Assembly: GCF_009914755.1 (NCBI RefSeq)
Contig: NC_060930.1
DNA from: the human T2T-CHM13v2.0 reference genome, Homo sapiens
DNA: 64,000 nt
Reading direction: 5' to 3' (one strand)
Both the position numbers and the translations under genes were made by a program. Under the pieces are notes generated by a model. The model saw only the letters and a program-made list of their open reading frames with translations. It searched no databases and had not been told where the DNA came from. This document shows positions 54,248 through 64,000 of this stretch, piece after piece; position 1 is the stretch's first letter; each line of letters opens with the position of its first letter.

Positions 54248-55864
54248 GAATGTTCTGGTCCATGTGAGTAATGAAGAAATTTGCTTCCTAATGAAAAGAG
54301 GAGAGGGTGGGAAGAGAGCCACTTTCCCTTCTTACCGCCTTGCCCATAGCATGTGAAGCCTCGGGCTTGGGGCTCTGGCAGCCATCCTGTGACTGTACCA
54401 GGCAAGTCCCAGGACAGATGCTTCTCACGAGGATGGTGCAGCAGAAAGAGGCTGGGCCTGTAGGCACTGCTGAAACACTGACCCCTCCCAGAACCTCCCA
54501 CTCTCTGGCTTCATGTTTTATGAAGCGCACACACACATCTTTATTGCATCAACCAATGTTAGATATTGGGAAATGGGGTTATTTAAGCTCCAACACAGTA
54601 TTATTCCAATTATTTATCCTTATATGTCCCCAAAGCTGATCTTTGTAACTCTCTTAGTAAGTGATCCCTGAAAGGAAAGGAGTTATCAGTTATAATATGT
54701 TTTCTGCAGATGTGGCTCATTTTTATTTTTGATGTGATGTAGAGACTACCAGGAGAAAGTATTAAAGTTAGAGTGGCATATAATTAATTTCTCTAAGAAA
54801 TTTTTAAATGAATCATTTATACAGGACACAAAAATGTAAGAAATGGAAGCTTGCACTTTCTAGTAGCTTTTAAATTGCCATTGACCCTGGAAACAGATCA
54901 CTGGACGGTGAAGACACGTTTTGGAATTGAATGATTTAACTTTCGTATTTGAATTTGGATAGAAGGCTCTGTCTTGAGAACTGTGGCATCTGCGTGTAGT
55001 GTCTGGGTGCTGCCCCTGGCTCAGGCAGAGATAGTCGTGTGCCACCCTCTAAGGGGTCATGCCCAGGTAGGCAGGCCCAGGGCCAGGTAGGGCCAGGAAG
55101 CTTGAGAAGCACAGAGCTGGGGGAGGAGAGCCAAGGCTCAGGAAGAAAGTGGTATCAGGTGTGAAGAGTGAAGAGATGCTGGAGAAGGGAAAAAAGGAAA
55201 CTGAGTCTGAAGTGTTAAGGATGAGACACTCCAGGGGGCGGTGCCACAGTGGCAGGCTGAGGTTACCAATGGAAAGGGCCCCACAGTCCCATTTCTATAT
55301 GGTTACCTGGAATGGGAAAAGTGGTGTCGAATTAAAGAAAACTCTAGGGTTGAACTTCATGGTAGATTGTTCTGATGCTGTGCCCTGAAGGATATCCTTT
55401 CAGTCAATGTCATTGCTCTTGCCATAACCCAGCATATGAATACGTACTCGCCTTTGAGATGAGATACCAGTAGCATGGGGAAAACATCTCCTTTCCCGAA
55501 ACATGTCTCCTGACTCTATCTAGGTGCCTGAAACCCACCACACCAATCCTTTCCTTTGACTATGATATATAAGTACAATTACTCAACTTCTGTCTCTGGT
55601 GACACAGTGGACAATGTTATTTAAACCAGTCTTTTTGCTGATAGCTAAAAATTCTGGATAAAAAAATGTTTAAATATCTTCTTAAAAGCATCAAAGCATC
55701 GAGAAGATAGTAAGGAATAATCAGGCCCAAATCTAAGGGAAGCTGACGCCTAGAGTGGTAATAAGAAGCACCAAAGTTGCTTTGCTCTGAGGACATTTGC
55801 CACCCTAGGTGAACTTGAGCTTCTGATGTGCCATTCAGCTGGGGCATGCAACACAGAAGGGAGT

Positions 55865-56600
55865 CATCCATGCTGCTGAACATATCACTACTTCATTCCT
55901 TTTTATTGCTAAGTAGTATTTCAATGTACAGATGTATCACAGATTCATCATTCATTCACCACTTCGTAGACATTTGGGTTCTTTCAACTTTTTCATAATT
56001 ACAGATCAAGCTTCCATAGACAGTCACTTACATGAACATAAGATTTCATTTCACTTGGGTGAATACCTAGGAGCTGGATTTCTGGGCTACATGGAAAGTA
56101 TATGTTTAACTTTACGAGAAACTGCTACACTGTTTTCCAAAGTGGCTGTGCCCTCTGGCACCAACAACGTATGAGAGTTCCAGTTACTCCAAGCACTCAA
56201 GAGCACTTTAATATTGTCAGTTTTGTTTTGTTGCCATTCTAATAGCTATATAGTAGTATCTCACTAAATTTGCATTTCCCTAATGACTGATGTTGAGCAT
56301 CTTTTCATATACTTATTTGCCACCTGTCTATCTGAGTTGATGCAGTGCCTACTCAAAGCTTTTCCTAATTTTTTCATTGAGATGTTTGCTTAATTTTGAG
56401 TTTTGAGAATTCTTTCCATATTCTAGACACTTTATCAGATCTGTGATTTTGCAAATATTTTTTCAATTTGTGGCTTGCCTTTTCATTTTCTTAACAGCAT
56501 CTCTTAAAATTTCAGAACCTTTTAATTTGGATGGAGTTTAATGTTTCCATCTATGGAACATGCTTTTTGTATTAGATTGAGTCCCGTTTGAATCTGTTTT
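55865..56600 (-). mobile_element. Old L1M fragment
   Basis: Antisense L1 ORF2 end/3'UTR motifs (TTTGCATTTCCCTAATGACT...TGTTGAGCATCTTTTCATATAC). Confidence 0.85.
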
Positions 56601-56618
56601 ATGTTTCAGTAGCTGGCA

Positions 56619-56763
56619 GCTCCCAGGCTACTTGGGAGGCTGAGGCAGGAGAATGGCGTGAACCCGGGAGGCGGAGCTTGCAAGTGAGCTGAGATCGCAC
56701 CACTGCACTCCAGCCTGGGTGACAGAGTGAGACTCCATTTCAAAAAAAAAAAAAAAAAAAAAA
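56619..56763 (+). mobile_element. AluY right arm only
   Basis: GGAGAATGGCGTGAACCCGGGAGGCGGAGCTTGCA plus a ~22-nt poly(A). Confidence 0.92.
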
Positions 56764-56764
56764 G

Positions 56765-57520
56765 AGGCCATTGAACTCCAGTGAGACAGTATGGTGGCTT
56801 GGATTGAAGTGGTGACTATGGAGACAAAGAGGTGTGGAAAGTTTTGTGAGATACAGGTGGGTGGATAGGAATTAGTGGTAAGGACAAGAAGGCTCTATTC
56901 TTCCAGCTTGTATGGATGAAAGAGAGTCATTCAGTAAGGTAGGAAACCTTAGTAGAGGAACCAGGCTCAGCAGAAGATCACGCAGTTTTGATCATGTTGA
57001 ATTTGAAGTCACCCTAAGGAGATGTTGAATAAGCAGTCAGACCCATAGGTCTAGAGTTGAATGAGGGGTCTAGGCTGAAGGTACAAATCTGGAAGACAAT
57101 GGTATATTGTAATTGAAAACATAGGCACACATGGAATTATCCAGGGGACCTGTGCAAAGAAGGAAAGAGGTCCTAGGCAGTGCCTCTCAATGTTAATAGC
57201 CAGTGAGAAGAGGAAAAACTCATAAGGAAAAAGGACGGCCAGAGGTGTATTGGTGAAATAATAGAAGATTTATGGCAGCGCGCAGTCAACTAACTGTGTT
57301 GAATGCTGCTGAGAAGTCAAGAGCCTGAAAAATGTACATGGATTTACTAACATGGAGATTATTGCAGCTGGTTTTAATAGGATGATGAGGGCAACAGCCA
57401 CATGGAATGGGTTGAGTGGTGAACAGGAGGTGGAGACAGCAGGTGAAGACAGGTCTTGAGAAGTCTGGCTCTGAACGAGAGAAAAGAAATGGGATTAGCT
57501 GAAGGGATACATGTGGTCAG
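56765..57520 (-). mobile_element. L2 fragment
   Basis: Purine-rich antisense L2 motifs (CATGTTGAATTTGA...; GAATGCTGCTGAGAAGTCAAG). Confidence 0.7.
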
Positions 57521-59109
57521 GGTAAAAATAATAAATCATATAAATAATGACAGGCAAAGATATCAAAAGACTATCATATACAACACTACATGCTTGAAAT
57601 GTGTTATGTAAAATAATTCAAGTACATGCATTAAAATGCCTCCAACTGCATTTCTGTATTAGAGGGTTTTTTGAACTATTTTTAAGGAAATGGAATCTTT
57701 TTATTAAAGGAAGTTCCATCTACAATCCCAATCTGTAAAAGAGATCAAAGTGGAGGTGGTCCTCATGGCACCTGCACGAAGGACTATGCTTCACTCTGTA
57801 CAAACAAATGTCCTTCGAAAAGGCTGTAGCGAGGTGGCACACCTGTCATTAAATTGTTATTCAACAATGACTTCCTCTTGAAATGTATCTATTTGAGGTA
57901 ACTGACAAAGATACATAAAATACAAAAGAATAAAAGAGAAAGGAATTAGAGCAAAGTTAGCTGTTTGAATAGCGTATCCAAATCTACACTAGCTAATTCT
58001 GTACAGCTGCCAGACAGGTGAGAATTCTGTCTCTAAGCTTCCCAGTAGCCAAAGCAAAGAGATATGCAAGGTTATTCACAGTGTCCTTAAGGTAAGATGC
58101 CCAGCTGTTCAGGAAGGTAGCTTTTCACGATAAGGGGGCCCGAGAAAGCTGTCTCATATGGAAAAGCTAGTATAATGGACAACATCCTCAACAATATCTT
58201 CTTCAATAGATACAGTGACACATTTTGTGCAACTGTTTCTTATTTTTCTCAAAAGGAAATAATGGTATAATATCAAAGTTTAGTCTAATAAGAGGGATTT
58301 TTGTGAGATTAAGGAAATATGGCAGAGAGGGCAAAGAAATTTCTTAATATCCAAGATGCAGCCCTTTAATGATACTGCAAACCTCCCTTTCTCCCCAGTA
58401 ACACATAGGCTTACCTTCTCTGAAAAAAAAGCCAAAATCTTTAATTTTTTTTCATTTGTACAAAATAATGTACATTTATTATGAAAATGCTAGTAATTCT
58501 GAAATGTATAAACACAAAAATATAATATCTAGTAATCCCATCCATCAAGGTAACCACTATTGTCAGTTTCATTATATTCTCTTGAGATTTTTTGATATAT
58601 GTACAGCACTAGTTTTTGTACATATTTACAAAATGGGATCATACCCTGTCTAATGTATAGAATCTTATCTTTTAGTGACTGTGGATTAGCTCATTACATG
58701 AATGTAAAATACTTATTTAATCAACCACCTATTGATGGATATTTGGGTGTTTCCATCTTTCTCACTATTAAAAATAAAGCTTTAATGAATTTTTCATAGG
58801 CAAAATTTTAACATCTTACCAGGTTTTTCTCCAGGCCTCTCAGGATGCCCTATCCAAACCTCTTCCTGGTAACAGACTTGATGTTAGCCCATTTTTTTTC
58901 TAGCTTTACCTTCATGGAGTTATCTTGTGCTTTGTTTCTTAAGGACCCAACCTCTCTCTGATGACTCATAGCTTAGAAGAAAACAATTCCCTACTGAAAG
59001 TCACAGAGCACTGATGGCCTTAGGGTTTATTCTCCCAGTTATTAACACATTTCCATTACAGTAGCGTCCTTCCAGAAGCAATGCTTCCTTCACTTGCAGA
59101 CAGAAACCC

Positions 59110-59245
59110 TTTTTTTTTTAATTAAATTTTTTAAAGATGGGGTCTTGCTGTGTTGCCCAGGTTGTTCTCAACTCCTGGGCTCTAATCCTCCTGCCTCAGC
59201 CTTCTGAGTAGCTGTGATTACAGGTGTGAGCCACTGTGCCTGGCT
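59110..59245 (-). mobile_element. FLAM (Alu monomer)
   Basis: Antisense monomer with TSD-like AGACAGAAACCCTT / AGACAGGAACCTTT. Confidence 0.88.
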
Positions 59246-59515
59246 AGACAGGAACCTTTTGAAGGTAAGAGTTGGGTGGGCAGGTGAGGTACCTTAGGTC
59301 AGATATATTGAGTCAGCCGCCTAGAAATGGAGCCAGTTTTGCAAGTGTTCACAAACATGCAGCTGGCTTACCTGGAAGGCTGCATGGCACAGTGTTGAAA
59401 GGTGACAATTCTGGAGCCCAGCTGCCTGCATTTGTAATCCTGACTCCAGTGCTCGCTGTGTGTGACCTTGGACAACTTATCTTCTCTCTGCCTCAGTTTT
59501 CTTACCTCTAAACTA

Positions 59516-59857
<342 letters not shown>

Positions 59858-60889
59858 TTATGAGGACAAAATGCATTAATAACTGCGAAGGTTATAGAGC
59901 AGAACTGGCATAAAGTCTATGTAAGTGTTTACAAAATAAGTATAATTTATTGTCAACCTGCCACATTCAGACACATCAAGCCCCTCCTACCCTCAGGCTG
60001 CTCTTAAACTGGGCCCAGGCTGAGGGCTTGCAGCAATCAAGGCCCAATGTTTCTATGGCTAATCAACCCATAGGCTGCTCAGCCAGTTCTCCATCCATTC
60101 ACATACCCACCGCTACACCCAATGCTTTATTTCCATTGAACACAGCTTCATAAGGGACATTGAAAGCTCTTTTATTCCATTATTATGAAAATTACTATTC
60201 CTTTGGGTGAATTTATAACAGGTTACAAATTAGTCTAAGAAATATTTACTGTTGATAAATTTGTAATAGGTCAAATACTTTGGATGCTAGAGAATGGACA
60301 CTAGTGAGTTACATTTTTCAATTTACTTATCATATGATTTTTTAATTCCCAATTTAGTTTGAAAACAGACTTGAAGTGGCTTGAAAAATGCCACATGAGG
60401 AACAAAACAATACTCCATCAGTGTGCCTGTAAGGACAGAGACACTTTTCAAAGCAAATCCCAATTCTGCAGCGGATTTTACTAGGCTCTTTTCCAAATCA
60501 GCCTATTAAATTAGTTTCATTATTTTTTGGTGAAGAAAGACTCAGCAATAACCACCTTTATTCACCTACAGAAGCGTCTTCTAGAAACAGCACAGTGAGT
60601 GCTTACAGACAATGATCTTGTCATGCTCCACCTAGTCTTCCACACTGGCCATCACCAGGTGCTTCGGAAAGACTGAAAATACCAAAAATGTTCATAAATA
60701 TACAAAGTTAGCTCACCAATTTCTTCTGGGAGTGTCTTCTGGGCTATAATGGCTGCCCACTTTGCAACCTGAACTATGAGGCAGTTTTTGCTCATGTAAC
60801 TAGCTCTAGTTACAGAATTCTTGTCTAGCAATTGCCATTATGCATATGAAATTATGATTTTTAGAAGCCATACTCCAACTCTGTTACAC

Positions 60890-61110
60890 ATTGAACAATG
60901 AGAACACATGGACACAGGGAGGGGAACATCGCACACTGGGGCCTGTTGGGGGGTGGAGGGCTAGGGGAGGAATAGCATTAGGAGAAATACCTAATGTAGA
61001 TGATGGGTTGATGGGTGCAGCAAACCACCATGGCACGTGTATACTTATGTAACAAACCTGCAAATTCTGCACATGTATCCCAGAACTTAAAGTATAATAG
61101 AAATAAAAAC
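60890..61110 (+). mobile_element. L1PA 3' end (severely 5' truncated)
   Basis: GAACAATGAGAACACATGGACACAGGGAGGGGAAC...CCCAGAACTTAAAGTATAAT. Confidence 0.93.
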
Positions 61111-64000
61111 ATACCTTGTATTAATGTTTAGTTTTGGTTCTTTTTTTGTGGTCTGATATATGGCAATAGCTCATTATTATCTAAAGCTAATATAACTGTA
61201 TTGAAACTAAATTACGTTTACTTGTCTTCACAGTGTGAGAAGAAAAGACACTTCTATCCCCTCCTTTGGGAGAAAATATCATGAAGTTTTTCATTAGTTA
61301 GGGAGTTAAATGCATGAAGAAATACAGAAAGCATTATCTTGTAAGTGTTGCCATTTTGATAGCCAATTAGTTAGTTTTAAAAATGAGAGTCAAGTCAACA
61401 TCTCAAGCTCAATTAGAAAAATTTTCTGAAAGTGTTTGTTCTAAAGATTCCCTAAAGAAAAATATTTTTGGCTCAAGTGAAGGTAGGGCTGTAACTTTTT
61501 TATATCTGTATTCCCTATCACTGCCAAGACATGATAGATGCTCAGTAACTGCTGAACTCAATAAATTGTTAAGAATTAGTGAAAATCTTGTTTTAGAGAC
61601 TTGCTCTAAGAGCAAGAACATGGACTTTGAAGTCCAGCATGCCTCAGTTCAAAATAGGTCTCTCTCGCTTGCCATAAGACTGGGCAGCTGAATTATCACG
61701 TGACGTCCAGTCTCCTCATCAGTGAAAGGAGAGCAAAAAGATGAATGTCTCTGGGCTTCTGGAGACAACAGTCATAATGGATGTTGGGTACCCAATGCAA
61801 AGAAAAGGAGGCTATAGTTAGGAGGATTATAAGATAAGGTCTTGACCATCATCATCAGAAAATGAGTTTTTCTCTAACAATGACAATTAATCCCTCCTTC
61901 CTTCCTTTGTTATTCTCTCTGTTGGTATTTATTTCTTGATACTTAGTTCAATTTCCTGCTTTACGGCAAAATATCGAACCTATTGGTCTCTTTCTGATGT
62001 TTGATGAGGGGCCCCACAGTAATTATTCATTCTAAACATCACGTAGGATTATTGAGTAAATGTTCATATGGAAAGTGTGAGAAACTGGGTTAAATGTGTT
62101 TTGGACCCCATACACTCTGGGAGATGTTTTATTATTTGTTTACTTTTTTTCAAAAGCAACATTATCAGTTTGACTCCTTTAGATTGCCTAACTTCTTTCT
62201 TCTAAAAGTAAGGGGCAGAAAACAATTAAGTCAGTGATCTTATTGGTGAGTCTGGGGAGCACAGTGGACATACCAGCTTGACACACTTCTCAGGAATAAG
62301 CTGTTGCTTTGTAAGTGGGTGAAAAAGGCTTCAACCTGCCCTGGTGCCTAAGAGGCAGAATCTCAGATAAGGGTGGACGGACCATGCAAACAGGTGCTTC
62401 ACACACAAATCACAGGAAAAGCCTCTGGATGTGAAGTGTGAAAAGAACCGCTCACCACCCAGTGGCCTTATCAGTGACAGTGGCGCGTGTGCATGCACAC
62501 AGGGCTCTTTGTGGGCCATCCCGGGGGCGTCTTTGAATTACCAAGGACAGGACACTAGCAGAAGGGGTCGGCAAACAGCTTCTGCGTTCTTGAGCTGAGT
62601 TGGAAGGATGAGAGGTTCAGAGGTAGCGGAGGGGAAAAGATGTTCAGCTAGAGAGGAGTTAGGAGGCTTTCAGCACTCTATCCCTTTACGAAGGCTTTGT
62701 GCAATATGACTGAGGGACGTTTGCTCGCACAGCTGACTTTCTCATTGCTTGATATACAGTTGCGGATAAACCTGTCATCAGTGAGCTAATGAGCAGGCCC
62801 TTGTGCTGCTGCCTAGCACAGACAAGAGCCACAGGCACACCGTGATGCCTTTGGAGCCTGTTTTTTCCAATTGAGGCATTTGAAATATGTCCTGCACCAT
62901 GGAACATTAGTGATATTTTGAAATGAAAAAAGGAGCTGTTTCTCCAGCTCAGGGCCCAGTATTGGTAGATTGGTAGTAAGGCTGTTTCCTGTGATCCTCA
63001 GCAGGCAGGCATGTTGCCTGCTGGGCGTTTTCCTTCATATTTCATTACATCTCCTGGAAACGATCTTGCCCTAGAGGCCTGGTTGTGTTTGAAGAAACAT
63101 GGTCCTTAGATCTGCAGCTTCAACACCGGGAAGCATCGCTCCAAGTAGTGGGGCTAGAGGAGCGCTCTGGAAAGCCAGCAGTAGAACATTCCTCCGTTTC
63201 CACCGAGACAGGCCTCTTAGAAAGGCCAGCCTCCAGGCCACACACTTGCTTGGTCCTGGAGTCACTGAAGGCCTCTCTCACTGGTTCAGTGTTCCTTCCT
63301 CTAGGCCAGGCTGTTTCCACACCTATGACCCGGTGTTAAAACCAGGCCCATGTGTGACCGTGTGGGCCACAGAATATAAAGTAGACACCCCGTTTTTTTG
63401 GATTGTTTCCTAATGTTCATGATTCCTGGCAACTGAAAAGTGCTTCCAGGGACAGGACTTACGGTGGGGCGGAAGAGGGAGGAGAGGAAAGTGATGTGAA
63501 TACTGCTGACACCGTGGAAAGGCTGCTGGGAGGGCCCCTGAATCAGCAGGAGTTCACCTTCCTTCCCGTCCCGCTCTCCAGGCCCCAGTGCTGGGGTCAG
63601 CAGTTCATGCATAAGAAATCAGGATTCTTTGGAGCAATTCATGCTGCCAAATGCACACTGACATTCCAAGCCAAACCCCACTCCGCATTTGAAGGTCACT
63701 TGGCCTGCGTCAAGCACACTTGACAATTGCTCAAAGGGAAATGAGGGAATTGTTTTGTATAAATGAGTCAACTTACCTTCAATGAACACCACTGGAAATG
63801 AACCTGGCAATGATAGACGAGTTTGCATGGCTTTACCTAAGCACCGTCATAAATTATGGCATGTATTATGTACCTCTCAGCTTATGCTCTATGTCAAGTA
63901 TGGGGAAGAAAATAATACAGTCTAGGCAATTTCAGCAAGACTGGGGTCAACTTGTTAGGAGCATGTGTTCACATGTCAGTGACCTGCAGTAAGGAAAAGA

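Noticed and set aside
60795-60814. Inverted repeat TGTAACTAG-CT-CTAGTTACA (similar 10-bp stem at 19798-19828)
   Set aside because: Short stems of 9-10 bp are expected by chance in 64 kb, and there is no supporting context.

Overview
This is primate, almost certainly human, genomic DNA: Alu-rich, with L1, MIR, MaLR/ERV LTRs and MER DNA transposons. The first ~15.2 kb is the 3' part of IYD (iodotyrosine deiodinase/DEHAL1, + strand). It contains the end of coding exon 2 (1-86), exon 3 (2888-3047), exon 4 (4642-4798) and the terminal exon (CDS 8600-8782), followed by a ~6.4 kb 3'UTR with a probable distal AATAAA at 15165. An alternatively spliced region in intron 4 (5937/5998-6109) gives 247-aa and 293-aa C-terminal variants. 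The remaining ~49 kb looks intergenic and repeat-dominated: THE1/MLT1/MLT2A/MER57/MER52 solo LTRs, and a near full-length Tigger2 holding a nested L1PB and Alu. There is a cluster of same-orientation CTCF-like motifs at ~28.9-31.7 kb. Nearly all ORFs in the supplied track are spurious or repeat-derived. I see no convincing new biological system. The best leads are regulatory: an AG|GT dual-use splice junction in IYD intron 4, a weak exon-3 acceptor with an upstream competitor, two long open frames just after the IYD stop codon, and the CTCF cluster. Repeat subfamily names and isoform matches are from memory, not database searches.
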